The notes under the pieces are model-generated. The model was not told where the DNA came from and did no database searches. It saw nothing but the letters and a program-made list of their open reading frames with translations. This document shows, one piece after another, positions 31,403-43,417 of a stretch of 64,000 nt of DNA; the first letter of the stretch is position 1, and every line of letters begins with the position of its first letter. The DNA is from Epithemia pelagica (taxonomy: Eukaryota; Protista; Bacillariophyta), in the NCBI GenBank assembly GCA_946965045.2, contig OX337231.1, forward strand, positions 2,790,001 to 2,854,000, given 5' to 3'. Made by a program: the position numbers and the translations under genes.

Positions 31403-33388
31403 TCATTGCCACACTTTAATGTAGCCATCCCAAGAACATGTGAAAAGTGTGGAAGGCTCGATTGGGTGCCAGACTGCACAAATGGTAGGTTTTCCTGGCT
31501 CATGAGCTCGATACTTTTGCAGTATTTTGTGTCTTTTCCAATCCCAAATAAATAATGCCCCCGTACCGTCACCGCTGACAACGAAGCGTCCATCCGGCGA
31601 GAAGGTCATTTCGCATGCGTATCCAGACACAATGTGTCCTGAGAACTTTTTGTTGTGAAGGAGCTTGATTTTAGGCGTTGTTTGGATGCAGCAAATGGTA
31701 TTGTCCAACGACTGTCCACAGATGAACTGTCCAGACGGATGCATTGACATACACGGCATGGAATGCATCGTAGGATCAGAAATGTATTTAACTGGTACGC
31801 CTATGTCCCACTCCCAAACAAGTATTTTCTTGTCATCACTGCTGCTGACCATGACGACGGGCTCGTTCTTGTCACTCTCGACGAATAAGATAGCATTTAC
31901 AGGTGCCAGATGGTGGTTGTATTCTTGAGTGAGCTCGCCAGTTTTGGTATGATAGGTGACGATGCGATTGTCACTGCATCCTACCACAAAGTAGGAGTCA
32001 TCTCTGGGATAAAACTGAATACAGTATGGAACCTTCCCGTTACCAAACGTCTGGACAGACTCTCCAGACTCGGTGTCCCACAAACGAAGAAATCGATCAA
32101 ATGACGCAGAAACAAAGTGCGAACCAGTAAGATTGAATTGTACATCGCGAACAGCGGCAGAATGACCGCAGTAAGTACGGACAACTGTTCGTTTCTCAAC
32201 CGACCAAACTTTGCATTTCCCGTCCAATCCTGCACTCAGCAGCAGATGACCTGTCCCCGGATATAAGCGAATGCGATGGATTCCTTGTTTGTTCCTTTCT
32301 CCAAAACGTGCCACACATTTCTTCGGCATATGGCTTCTCACAGCATCATCTACTGAAATTGAGGAAGCTGAAGCAAGCCCTGGAGGCGGTGCCATCCATG
32401 AACGTCCCCTGTAGTCATATTCTGCATCACCATGAAATGTTGAAGAAGCTTCCATGGGCTTTGGTTCCTCCCCAAGTTTAGTGGACTGTTGGGGCGGAAG
32501 AAGATGAGCCATTTTCCGTTCCAACACGCGGTCAAGCGTCATGACAGGCTTGTCTTCTTCCAAACCTCGTACACGGTTTCTTTCTTTGATGTATTCACGC
32601 TCAGCCTCTTGTTCAGGTGCCAAGTCCCCAGTTTCCGCGTTGGTGAGTTTGTTCTGGGAATGCCATGCTTCTTGTTTCGTAGGTGGCCCCCAAACACCAA
32701 ATTCCAGTTCATCATCAGATCCCAGAACCAGTGGGTCTCGCTCTTTCCCTCTCTTTTCTACCAATGCATTCTTCACTCTCCTGCGGATTTCTTCGTCCTG
32801 TTTGAACTTGGAAAGGCGCTGTTGTTCGTATCCCAAGGTTGTTCGTATCAATTCCGTCGGTTGAGACGGATCACCATCAAAGACCAACGGCATGGCCCTG
32901 CCGCTCCGTTGAAAGTCCAATCGTTGCTGATGGAACGAGGTTTCATCAATAGCCACGTTTGCTTGCATAACTTTAGGTTGATATCGAGAGAGTTGGCGTT
33001 GGCCATCGGTGCTCAAGTCATTGGATGGGCCTTGAACAGGTTCGTACAGGACGTCTCTGGTGGGATTGTTCGTCAATATCAGCATCTCGGAACTTGCATG
33101 TTTTCGCTTCAAACTGTTTCGTCCTTCATCTTGCTGGTTTCTCTCGTTCAGTTGTGCCAGGGCTTTTGTTTTTAGAGACACCGCTGGAGCCGCGTTCAAC
33201 TCACTACGATCAAGACGTTGAACAACAGGGACTAAGTTGTGCATCGAGGAGGATGCAGCCTGTGTATCGACACCGCTATCCAGATTCTCTTTAGAAGGCT
33301 TCCTTTTCTGGGCGCCTTCAGTGGGTTTGTGTTCATCGTCGTCCTCACCATCACTGCTGCTTCCATAATCTTTCAATAAGGAGTCCAT
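31403..33388 (-). CDS. CDC40: Pre-mRNA-processing factor 17 (WD40)
   Basis: YDYRGRSWM, GHLLLSAGLDGKCKVW, QEYNHHLAPVN, HSMP, GYACEMTFSPDG and terminal IKVWQ. Confidence 0.92.
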   Translation of the reverse strand: MDSLLKDYGSSSDGEDDDEHKPTEGAQKRKPSKENLDSGVDTQAASSSMHNLVPVVQRLDRSELNAAPAVSLKTKALAQLNERNQQDEGRNSLKRKHASSEMLILTNNPTRDVLYEPVQGPSNDLSTDGQRQLSRYQPKVMQANVAIDETSFHQQRLDFQRSGRAMPLVFDGDPSQPTELIRTTLGYEQQRLSKFKQDEEIRRRVKNALVEKRGKERDPLVLGSDDELEFGVWGPPTKQEAWHSQNKLTNAETGDLAPEQEAEREYIKERNRVRGLEEDKPVMTLDRVLERKMAHLLPPQQSTKLGEEPKPMEASSTFHGDAEYDYRGRSWMAPPPGLASASSISVDDAVRSHMPKKCVARFGERNKQGIHRIRLYPGTGHLLLSAGLDGKCKVWSVEKRTVVRTYCGHSAAVRDVQFNLTGSHFVSASFDRFLRLWDTESGESVQTFGNGKVPYCIQFYPRDDSYFVVGCSDNRIVTYHTKTGELTQEYNHHLAPVNAILFVESDKNEPVVMVSSSDDKKILVWEWDIGVPVKYISDPTMHSMPCMSMHPSGQFICGQSLDNTICCIQTTPKIKLLHNKKFSGHIVSGYACEMTFSPDGRFVVSGDGTGALFIWDWKRHKILQKYRAHEPGKPTICAVWHPIEPSTLFTCSWDGYIKVWQ

Positions 33389-34035
33389 CTCTCATGAAGA
33401 GTCTTTCTCAGTCAAGCTCAGTGTAATGTGAGGCCACAACGAACCCTAACACTCATGGTCAAAGTTCCTTGTTTAGCTACTTTGTCTAGTGGTAGTAGCG
33501 AGAGGAAAAGTACTCCTAGCTAGAGAGGTACTCTTAGGTTGCTCTCCTAGAACCAAAGGACCGCCACAACCGGCGGCACAAGTCCTCCCCTTGGTCTTCG
33601 GTTTCCAGTTGAAAGTTGAACATTGATTTGAATGGTAGTTTATAGCTCGAAAAGGGAGGATATAATGTTCTTTCGTTCATGGAATCAATTGATAGGTTTG
33701 AAATTATCGAAAGCGGGAACCAGTGGTTTCACCGACAATCACAAGCATATGTGAGGAGAAAGGAGATGCCTCATACATTCACCATGTGCATCTTTACCGA
33801 TGGATGTTAGCCCCAATATCTGTCAGTTGAGGGATTCGTGCTGATACTTCGATAGAAAGACTTAAAATGCCAGAAATCAATGGAGAAGAGCAGATTTCTC
33901 CTCTTGACACTACGCAAAAAAAGAAAAACAGAATCGACATTGATTCCTCGCCTTTGAGAAACTAGCTCTTCCCACCTCAGGTCCTGATGAGAATGTTATG
34001 ACGGCTCCTGACACGTTTTGTGGGATCCGACAGGA

Positions 34036-35034
34036 TCAGGGTTCTTCAGTTTCATTTGATGACAGGCTTTTGTCATCTTCATCTTCACTACCACTGTCGC
34101 TTGAAGCCGATTCGTCATCACTGCTGCTTTCAAATGAACCATTCTCGCTGTGACTCACTTGTTTCTCAGTGAGAGGCTGTCGGACATTTTGCGAGGCTGG
34201 GGGTTTCAGAACAAGGTCTGATTGTGTGGCCATATTTTGGGGAGGTAACCACTCGCTTGAATTGCTGTTACTGGTGTGATTCTGTTCCAGAAGACCACAG
34301 ATGACAAGCAGTTTGTTCATGAAATGTCTAAATCGTGGGTACTCCTCTTGGAGTTTGCCCAAGCACGCCTGTTGATATGTGATGCTGCTGTTGGACCAAT
34401 TTTTAAGCACGTTTGAAGACGCACTAACGACGTCTTGTATCAGTTGGCGTAGCCCAGCATCCTTCAATTCTGCTTCCAGCCACACAGACGAATGCAGCGC
34501 TTCCAACATTGATGGCGTGATCTGAAGATTGATGTCGTCCCGTTCATGGGAGAAACTATGCGATGCTGCCGATCCCTGTTGATTGAGCGGTGCCCCAGCC
34601 TGATGGTTCTTGAAGACATGGCGGTTTCCATTCCGATCCAAGTACTTGCTTTCTTGATATGGCTGGCATTCATTGGGAGTTGTTGAGCAATGTTCCTTGT
34701 GCTTTCGGCAGCATGCCACACTGCAGTAGGGTGCGCGACACTTGGGACATTTGTAATTTGGTTGATCTACCTCCTGGCATACCGAACATTTAACCGACTT
34801 AGGGCTGGAGATATTGAGACTTCCATTGTTTTTATGCTCTCGCGGATTTTGATGTTTCGCCTTTGGTCTGTGTCTCCGAGACGGTGGACGCCTTGACCCA
34901 GCAGCTGTGCCCCTATTATTTGTGATTCTCTCGTACCTTCTGTTGGTATGGTGGCCGCGTGTAGAGCTGGAGATCTCATGTTCTCTTCCCTGTGGTTGTG
35001 ACCTATTCTCTGAGAGTCCTTCTTTGTGCGCCAT
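34036..35034 (-). CDS. ZNHIT3: Zinc finger HIT domain protein (ZNHIT3-like)
   Basis: CSVC...[23 protein letters not shown]; likely start MAHKEG at 35034. Confidence 0.8.
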   Translation of the reverse strand: MAHKEGLSENRSQPQGREHEISSSTRGHHTNRRYERITNNRGTAAGSRRPPSRRHRPKAKHQNPREHKNNGSLNISSPKSVKCSVCQEVDQPNYKCPKCRAPYCSVACCRKHKEHCSTTPNECQPYQESKYLDRNGNRHVFKNHQAGAPLNQQGSAASHSFSHERDDINLQITPSMLEALHSSVWLEAELKDAGLRQLIQDVVSASSNVLKNWSNSSITYQQACLGKLQEEYPRFRHFMNKLLVICGLLEQNHTSNSNSSEWLPPQNMATQSDLVLKPPASQNVRQPLTEKQVSHSENGSFESSSDDESASSDSGSEDEDDKSLSSNETEEP

Positions 35035-35232
35035 GGTCGTGTTCTGCTTCGTTTTGTTCAGTGAAAGATCTGCTCTCTTGGTTGGTCTTCTTCCAAGGAT
35101 TTTAGAGCGACTGAAACAAGATCTGGAGTCGCACAAAATCTCCGTGACAAAAGGTGGATCAAGGAGGAAAGATGACCCAGACAAAACGCAAGGTGCGAAT
35201 GGGGCGACGCTTGAATACGAAGGGAGCACAAT

Positions 35233-36129
35233 ATGAACCGATCATCCCTATTGCTCCTCGTCTGGACTTGGCTGAGTTTCTCTCGCCTCATCTTGGGAGA
35301 AGAGGACATTGTTTCCGCTGAAAAGCCTCTTACAAGCGAATCTGAAAAGGCTTCGGTGGAGGGAAAAAGAGACGATGAAAGTGATGACCTCCATCCTCTC
35401 CCTTATATTTTGACCTCGCGTGATTTCGGACGGCATATCAGTGATACCAATGTCTGGCTGTACGTTTTCATGATACATGAGAATTCTTTCTTTTTGTGAA
35501 TGGAATAAACTGACAAAGTTGAATTGCTCGCTGCGCAAACTTGTCACTTCATTATTACTCTTACCTCTTCTTGATCATTTGCGACTCGTCACTTCATTTT
35601 GTTTAACTTTGGATGCAAAAGTATAGAGATTTATGCACCTTGGTGTGGACATTGTGTTTCTTTTTCATCAACATACAGCGAGATTGCTGTACAATATCAT
35701 TCAGGGGCGAAAAAGGATCTCGGTATTAAGGTGGGGAAAGTGGACGGTGATGCAGAACGAGCCCTATCTGCTCGATTTCACGTTAGGTCTTACCCCAGCT
35801 TTTACGTCATTGATGGATGGAGTGTTTACAAATTCGAACAACCAAGAAGCAAAAGCACGTTGATGAAATATGTGGAAGGCGGATACAAAACGGATGGTAT
35901 CCTCATGCCTTTCTATTCATCCCCGCTGGGCCCTGTTGGATTGGCTCAAGGAGCACTGATTTCGTCTGGATTTACTTTATCGGACACATTCTCATGGCTT
36001 CAAAATACCTTCGGATTGTCTCCAGTTTTTGCGGGAATGATACTTTTCGGAGGAGCATTTGTCGGTTGCTTCGTAGTGATCGTCGTCGTCGCGATTGTAT
36101 TGACATCACCGCGAGAGAAGCAAGATTAA
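35233..36129 (+). CDS. Membrane-anchored thioredoxin/PDI-like protein (TMX-like)
   Basis: Signal peptide; intron 35460-35621 gives NVWL|[11 protein letters not shown]; C-terminal TM helix and a short REKQD tail. Confidence 0.85.
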
Positions 36130-36417
36130 AGTAATTTTGGTCCTCTTACGGCCCTCAGATCGCGTGCTTCGATTCCATCTCGGGATCGTCGGTGGTGAAA
36201 ATTCATGCAAAAATACATTGTCCCTATATCTGGTAGTATAAATGATATTGAAGTTATGTTTGATGTCACATGCATGATAAAGTCCATTTCTTCGGTAGTT
36301 CATCAAAGACTCACAAGACTCACAACGCTTGAATACATTATCCCCAAATTTTCGCCTAGCCAATCACAACACCCTTGCATCGATTGATACAATTCATGGA
36401 CTCATACTTGCCTCCAC

Positions 36418-38433
36418 TCAACGGGGCGTTGCAATCGATGGGCTGTCCTCAGCAGATTGTGGGGGACCCAGAGAAGCCGGTCGTATGATTGTCCACGTTA
36501 AAAAGCAATCAACGGTTTTACTGTGGTTGCATAGTCGATAGGAATTGCCTGGCGGCACTCGAAATAAGTCCCCCGGCTTGAGCAAAAATCGCTGAGCTGT
36601 TTCTGGATTAAATGTCGCCTCTTCGTTGTCGTCCTCGGGGTCGCTGTAGGCGACCTCCATTGCTCCGGGTTGGCATCGGACAACGGTAAACACTTGTGAA
36701 CAGGATCCGACAGATTCGGCGTCTTTGATTCCCTTTGGTGGGAGAGTTAGATTACCAGTGATGTATCCGACATAAACAGGCTTGGGGCCATTTGGAACAT
36801 TGAAAGCTTGGGCCGCTTTACCAACAACCTTTCCTTCCGACTTTGATCGCGACTTGGAAAGTGGAAGTTTCCGCGCCTCCATGTTGTCAACGTAGCTGAT
36901 AACCTTTTGTTCTCTCGTTTCTTCAACACCGTCATCCCACAAAACTGCCTCGTCGCTTTCTGAGATGACATACTTCTTCCTTATCTTGGTACTGTCGAAT
37001 GCTTCATCCTCTTTACGCTCCGAAATGGAGGCCTCGCTGGACGCCCCACGCCCACGCGACTTTGATTTCGTGCTGGTTTTTTCTCGACTGACCTGTGGGA
37101 CCTTGCGTGGCTTGTACGGGGTATCTTTCGAGCGCACGAACCGTTTCACAACAGGCATATTATCGAGCTCGGAGGAAATGGTTTCGTCCGCATCCTGTGG
37201 TCCATACTCCGCCCTTTCGTTCTTCCAGAATTCAAGCGGTCGGCACCTCGCACGTCCCGATCTGCGGACACCAGGTGGAGGGGTTTCTTTCAAATCGGAC
37301 ACAGGGATACTCTCGTACTCCCTAGGAAGAGGGATCCCTTTCGGTGAAAATGTCGCATTCTTACGAGACACCTTTCTTTTCTTAGCGGGAGGAGCCTTTA
37401 TGACAACAGAGCGCTGGTCAGATTCCTCTCCATCGTCAGAAACTTCGCGCCTTTTACGAATCTCATCGCCTTTCTTTTTCTTCTTTTTCATTGCTGACTT
37501 CAACTTCTTTTTCTTCGATTTTTCTGGTTTTTGCCTTGCTTTGGTTTCAGTCTCTTGTTCCTGTTCTGGAGTTGGCTCGCTTTGTTCGCCTGCGTTTATT
37601 GTGGAATCATTGTTTTCCATCTGTGCCGATGAGATCTGAGAACTATCCTTTTCCTGTTCTGGAAGTGATCCGGGGGTATTAACGATACCGATATCACCTT
37701 CATCGTCTGGAGAGTCAGGTGGTGACGGTGGTATCAAATCGTTGTCGGGTGGCCCAACATGATGGGAAACTTCGTCGTCATCGCTGACGGCTGCATCACC
37801 ATCTTCGGGATGAACGGGGTCAAAATTTTCGCCATTATCGACTCCACTCATTTCTTGTGAATGTGGAGTGGACTGCACGCCAACGAGCTCCTCCTCATCT
37901 TCTTGTGTAGCAGGTTGAAGTGGGGTTTCTGCCCCTGATTTCATCGGCAGTGTAACGTAGCCATCCTCCGAAACACCCTCATCATTATCAGCTTGCACGT
38001 CTCTCTGCCCTTCTTTCTCATCGTGGACCACGGGAATCTTGCTCGGTGACATCTTCTTTTCAGGTAGTGGGGACGCTGTAGCCACAGGTGACAAATCTGC
38101 ATCTGTAACATTTCCTGCAAAATTCTTGATTTTATTAATCATATTGTTTGACAACGCAATTTTGGGCGTTTTATCATCGTCAAACTTATTTTGTTTCTGA
38201 CCCTCAATAGAGAATCTCATTGGACGAACGGGTCGCTCGTTGCCTCCCTCACTTTCAGTTGAGGTCTTCTTGTTGGTTTGTTGTTTGGTCGTCGTCGCGA
38301 CAGCAGCTGCGAAGAATGCATTATAATCTCCTTCTCGCAAATTTCGGCTATCATCTTGTCCAGGTCTTGGTAGAGTGGTGAGCGTCACTCCGGAACGCTT
38401 TCCTACGAAAGGGAGATCACGAAAACGCACCAT
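36418..38433 (-). CDS. CENPC: Centromere protein C (Mif2/CENP-C)
   Basis: CENP-C motif RRSGRARCRPLEFWKNER and a C-terminal cupin (GNLTLPPKGIKDAESVG...FRVPPGNSYRLCN). Confidence 0.88.
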   Translation of the reverse strand: MVRFRDLPFVGKRSGVTLTTLPRPGQDDSRNLREGDYNAFFAAAVATTTKQQTNKKTSTESEGGNERPVRPMRFSIEGQKQNKFDDDKTPKIALSNNMINKIKNFAGNVTDADLSPVATASPLPEKKMSPSKIPVVHDEKEGQRDVQADNDEGVSEDGYVTLPMKSGAETPLQPATQEDEEELVGVQSTPHSQEMSGVDNGENFDPVHPEDGDAAVSDDDEVSHHVGPPDNDLIPPSPPDSPDDEGDIGIVNTPGSLPEQEKDSSQISSAQMENNDSTINAGEQSEPTPEQEQETETKARQKPEKSKKKKLKSAMKKKKKKGDEIRKRREVSDDGEESDQRSVVIKAPPAKKRKVSRKNATFSPKGIPLPREYESIPVSDLKETPPPGVRRSGRARCRPLEFWKNERAEYGPQDADETISSELDNMPVVKRFVRSKDTPYKPRKVPQVSREKTSTKSKSRGRGASSEASISERKEDEAFDSTKIRKKYVISESDEAVLWDDGVEETREQKVISYVDNMEARKLPLSKSRSKSEGKVVGKAAQAFNVPNGPKPVYVGYITGNLTLPPKGIKDAESVGSCSQVFTVVRCQPGAMEVAYSDPEDDNEEATFNPETAQRFLLKPGDLFRVPPGNSYRLCNHSKTVDCFLTWTIIRPASLGPPQSAEDSPSIATPR

Positions 38434-38669
38434 GGTGAAAAGTCTTCTCTGCAATCTGCTGGAACAGGTCTCTTTGCTTGTGGTATTCGTGTGTGACAAG
38501 TGTACAAGTAATTTATTATTAATAGCTCTGTATATAACTGAAATATAAAGAGCATGTACCACTCGTGATTCACCGGCCCATCTTCAGCGCGCCGGGGGAT
38601 ACATCCAAACGAGCACATAGTGGCCGACCGCACGCTATCGGGCCTAATAGGTGTAGCAAAGAGAGCAAC

Positions 38670-40292
38670 CTACACGTAACTCTGCGACAGCGAGGAAATA
38701 GAGCGACTCACTAAGGTGAAGTTTTGCTCTGCTGTATTCTGTATTAACAGTTTCCGGATGATAGATAGAAGACCCGAAACATTTTCTCCGCGGTTCTTCC
38801 GCAACACAACACGTTTCATTCCATCAATGGCAAACAGTCCCTCATACTGGGCTAGTTCCTCTACATACTCTTGGCTGTGAGCAAAGCGCGCAGCGTTGTG
38901 AAGCTGGTAGGGAAGTTTCTTGTCACTTGAATCTGATGTCTCGACCAGAAGTTCGGTCGAAAAGGCGAATATACCGCCTGTTTCCAGAGCATTGTGTACT
39001 TTGGCAAAAACTGGTTCCAAGTCTCCGATGTAACAGAATACGTCACACGCAATAACCAAGGAGGCCGGGTCTATAATATGCGAGTCATCTGTTGACATTG
39101 GCTTCTCTTCATCGAAAATTTCAATAATGTCACCGACGACAAGCTTGTCGTAACAACCACGCTCTTTAGCCTTCTCAACCATTTCGGGTGATAAGTCGAT
39201 TCCTTCGAGCCTCTTAGAGCAGTCTCTGAATGCCATACCAGATAACCCTGTTCCGCATCCAAGATCCACAGTCCTGGAGAAACAGCGATCCGAATCTTTG
39301 CGAACCTTTTCATCGATGAAAAATCTCATTTCACGCGGGGTTTGGTATGCCAATTTCTCCAACAACGTATCGAATCCCTCGGCAAAGGTGGAGTAAAGAC
39401 CCACAACATAGCTTTTGGGGCACCGCTGAATAGCTTTCACATATGTCTGGTCGTTCCCACTGTCGTCGTCCATGGTTGCAAGCCAAAACTGAGCCAGGGA
39501 CCATTGCTCGTGTTCATCTGGTAAATATCGGAGCACACGCTTGAAATGAGACTGAGACCGACTTCGGTACAAAAGCATCGGCTCCATTTTACGGAAGAAA
39601 AGACCTAGCCGATACTCTCTCTTGATTATAAATTCAGTGTCATCTGCTGAGTGTGGAGATAATCCGTGATCAATCCAGAAGTTTTCCAAGGCAGAACATA
39701 TTTTCGCATAGGTCTCTTCTTCAGATGGGCTCAAGGCTCTTCGGCTGGGGTGATTCGGTGCAGCTTTTCCCAAGGAACCCCTTACAAGAAGACTTTCCTC
39801 CTGACGTAGATCTACCAGAGAGCGCACCAGCAAGCCGATCCATGTCGTTCGGTAAGAGGCAAGACCTTCCGATAGTTGGATGGCTTTTCTCAAGTTCTCT
39901 TGTCGGATGGGGGAATCTGAATGGACCAGCGAAAGCGCCATGTATCCGAATGGCTTTCCTGGCGCTATTTCAATCGCCTTGTCGGCCCAGTACAAAGGAT
40001 CTCGCTCGTTTCCCTGCATATTGCTTGGCGAGATTGGAGAATCGACCTCATTTTTGCTTGATTTGCAAACTCTTTCTTGTTCAGCTAACAAACATGAAAG
40101 CTTGGACATTAAGCGGGCATTCCGCGGTTTCGTTTCGATAAGCGCTTTCAGCCTAGTGACCTCATTTTCTCGTGAGGACATCTCCATTGGAGCACAACAT
40201 AACGACTTATGTTTTTTCTTTTTTCCCACAGATGGTACAGTGGACGGTGTAGAGATGGGCATTAACGGTCGGATGAGATGGAGGATCCACAA
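38670..40292 (-). CDS. TPR-like + class I SAM-dependent methyltransferase (COG4976-like)
   Basis: YVVGLYSTFAEGFDTLL, VDLGCGTGLSG, LEGIDLSPEM, ACDVFCYIGDL and RFAHSQEY. Start codon uncertain. Confidence 0.8.
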   Translation of the reverse strand: MWILHLIRPLMPISTPSTVPSVGKKKKHKSLCCAPMEMSSRENEVTRLKALIETKPRNARLMSKLSCLLAEQERVCKSSKNEVDSPISPSNMQGNERDPLYWADKAIEIAPGKPFGYMALSLVHSDSPIRQENLRKAIQLSEGLASYRTTWIGLLVRSLVDLRQEESLLVRGSLGKAAPNHPSRRALSPSEEETYAKICSALENFWIDHGLSPHSADDTEFIIKREYRLGLFFRKMEPMLLYRSRSQSHFKRVLRYLPDEHEQWSLAQFWLATMDDDSGNDQTYVKAIQRCPKSYVVGLYSTFAEGFDTLLEKLAYQTPREMRFFIDEKVRKDSDRCFSRTVDLGCGTGLSGMAFRDCSKRLEGIDLSPEMVEKAKERGCYDKLVVGDIIEIFDEEKPMSTDDSHIIDPASLVIACDVFCYIGDLEPVFAKVHNALETGGIFAFSTELLVETSDSSDKKLPYQLHNAARFAHSQEYVEELAQYEGLFAIDGMKRVVLRKNRGENVSGLLSIIRKLLIQNTAEQNFTLVSRSISSLSQSYV

Positions 40293-40641
40293 TAGATTGG
40301 GGTGGTCTGTGCGTTAGCCCGTTTTCATGTTGGTCGAAAATTGAAAAATTGCCTCCACATTCTGCTGCGCTCCGTTTTTGTGTCGGGCTCATCGACCTCC
40401 CACCATTTGCGGTATCCGTTTGCATGTTGGAATCATTCAAGAGTGGAACCAGGTTAGCTTGAGTGAGAGCGAGTGCTATCGACTACAGCAAAACCATTGC
40501 TTAGCAGCTTACTCGATCTGGACATTTTTTATTCATTTACATATCCCGTTACATCGCGCTTTCAGCTTGATCGCCCACAACTAGTGCTGCGCCTCCTCTA
40601 AGTGACTGAAGCGACGCAGGGAACCTTACTGGTTCGGGACA

Positions 40642-43401
40642 ATGTCTACCAACAACAATGAAGATAATCCACAGGCGGGAGCTGGCCGCCCCCTACCGAA
40701 GAAAGAAGCAGATCTGTTTCGTAGTTTGGTGAAACAACATGAAATGAAACAATACAAGAAGGCAGTGCGCCAAGCCAACACGATTCTAAAAAGATTTCCC
40801 AATCACGGAGAAACATTGGCGATGAAAGGATTGACTCTTAGCTATATGTCCAAACGAGAAGAAGCGCATGAGCTTGTAAAGTTGGGCTTACGAAATGACT
40901 TAAGGTAAGTGGACTTGTGGACTTAATTCAGATTTCAATGACGTGTTGGCTGTTGGCTTACCGTGCTCACAACTTCGAATAGATCGCACGTATGCTGGCA
41001 CGTTCTGGGTCTTCTTCATCGATCCGATCGTAACTATGATCAAGCCATCAAAGCGTACAAGCAAGCATTAGGTATTGATCCGCAAAATCAACAGATTCTG
41101 CGAGATCTTAGCTTTCTGCAGATACAAATGAGGGATCTCAAGGGTTTTGCTGTTTCTCGGAACATGCTCCTGACTCTCAAATCTAATGCGAAAATCAACT
41201 GGATCGCTTTTGCCCTGGCGAGACATCTGAATGGAGATCTGGATGGGGCAATCAAGGTAATTGACACTTATCTGGGAACTCTAAGCGAAGGTTCGCCTGA
41301 ACTTGGTCGATGCTACGAGTCCAGTGAACTAGCAATGTACCGAAACAGTATCCTCGCTCATATGCCCAACAATTACCAAGCGTCTTTGGAGCATCTGAAT
41401 GCAATTGAAGGCATTGTGGTTGATAGAGCTTCATGGCTCGAGAAAAAGACCGAGTATCAGCTCAAACTAGGTTTATTTGACGAAGCCAAAAAATGTATTA
41501 TGGAGATGTTCCGGAGGGGAATGACCGAAAATCACAGGGCCCATTCTTTCTATATGTGTGCCGTCCTCGAACTCAATAGTGATATTCATGAAGAATTGAT
41601 ACGGCTGAAAGGAACTCAGACTTTGGCGTCGCTGATCCCCTTGACTCCCGAACAGAAACAGACGTTGAGTGAAGTTTACGCCAACGAATTGCTCCCGGCC
41701 TTTCCGAGTTCGCATGCTGTGCAAAGAATACCTTTTGCTTTCTTGGAAGGAGATGAGCTGAGACAAGCCATGGACGGTCGGTGTCGAAGAGATTTGGTAA
41801 AGGGAGTTCCTTCACTCTGCGCTGAGCTTTGCTCCTACCTCTACGTTCGTGAAGAGGATCGTTTTGTCAAACCTCGTGACCCTGTCGACATCAAGGAACA
41901 ACCCGTGTTTCAGATGATTGTCAGCATGGCAAACGACTACTTATCAAATCTTGAATCATGTTCAAAGCTGCATGTGGATGACGAGGCTGAAGCCCCTGCG
42001 ACGACAAAACTTTGGGCTCGCTTTCTGAAGGCCGGCCTCCATGAGTGTGCGGGGGAATTCGAGGAAGGCATCAAACTTTTAGACCAGTCGATTGAAGAAG
42101 ACCCGTCTGAAGTTGACCTGTACGAGTTGAAGGCTAGGTTACTAAGATCGGCAGGGGACATCAAAGCAGCTGTTGAATGCCTGGACAAAGGACGAGAACT
42201 GGATCAACAAGATAGATATATCAATAACCAGACCACGAAGTATATGTTGCAGGCAGGAATGGAGGAAGAGGCGCTTAAACGTATTTCTTTGTTTACAAGA
42301 CATGAAGGTAACGCAGAGCAGAACTTGTTTGACATGCAATGTTCTTGGTATGAGTTGGAACTCGCGGACTGTCTACGAAACAAGCAGGAGTGGGGGAGAA
42401 GTCTTAAAAAGTTCACCGCGGTTGTCAAGCATTTTGAAGATTTCAACGAAGATCAATTCGACTTTCACGCGTACTGTTTGCGAAAGATCACCTTGAGAGC
42501 ATACGTGAGTGTTTTGCGCTTTGAAGACGAATTGTACGGGTTGGATTATTATTGTCGAGCTGCAGCAGGAATAATCAGAATTTATCTACACCTTTTGGAT
42601 CATCCAGAGGAAGACGAAACAAAAGAGCCCGATTATTCAAAGATGACCGCTGCAGAGAAACGGAAAGCAAAGTCCATCGCTCGGCAAAAGAAGGCGGCGG
42701 AAAAGAAAGCTGAAGAAGCAAAAGAGAAAAATGACGCCGTGAATAAAAATAAACAGCAGAAGGGAGGAAAGCCTGTAACTTCGGACGAGGATCCCATGGG
42801 CAAGGAACTGTTGAAGAAAGACGCTTTGGAAGAAGCGGCGAAGTTCTCAGGGATGCTAGCACGTTTTGCACCTGGAAAGTTGGACACATGGATATTGCGA
42901 TACGATGTGGCTATTCGTCGTAAAAAGGCATTAATGGCTCTTCAGGCTTTGTATAAAGCTCGAGCAATCGCCCCCAACAACTGTGACGTTTTCGCGAGGA
43001 TTGTGGACTTCTGCAGCCGCTTTGAGGAGCTGAAGAATGGCTCCGATCTAGTGCGAGAAGTGTTCGGCTGCGAAACACCACCTCTTCTGAACAATGTTTC
43101 TCTCGCCGATTTCGTTCGAGATGCCGCAGACAAGGTCAAAACTGGTGCCAGTCGAGAGGTTGATTATCTCGACTACAGATGCGCTGTTGCGAAGGCTCTA
43201 GTTTCAACGAAGAGTGGGAAGGTCGAAGAAGCATCTTCTTTGATATTAAGTGGAGGCGTCAAATGCAGAGGTGTGAATATCGAGACATGCATTAAAGCAG
43301 TTGAAGTTTTGAAGTCATTTGGTGATGAAGGAGAAGCTGCCACTGATCGTTGGAAAAAGTCTGTCAAGGAACATTTCCCTCGGCTCTTAAATTTGGACTA
43401 A
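40642..43401 (+). CDS. NAA15: N-alpha-acetyltransferase 15, NatA auxiliary subunit
   Basis: LPKKEADLFR...KQYKK...HGETLAMKGL; intron 40905-40982; SHVCWHVLGL; DQFDFHAYCLRK. Confidence 0.95.
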
Positions 43402-43417
43402 GATACTCTAGCTAATC

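Noticed and set aside
33600-34030. Possible small spliced gene between CDC40 and ZNHIT3
   Set aside because: Short open stretches could not be joined into a consistent frame with a start codon.
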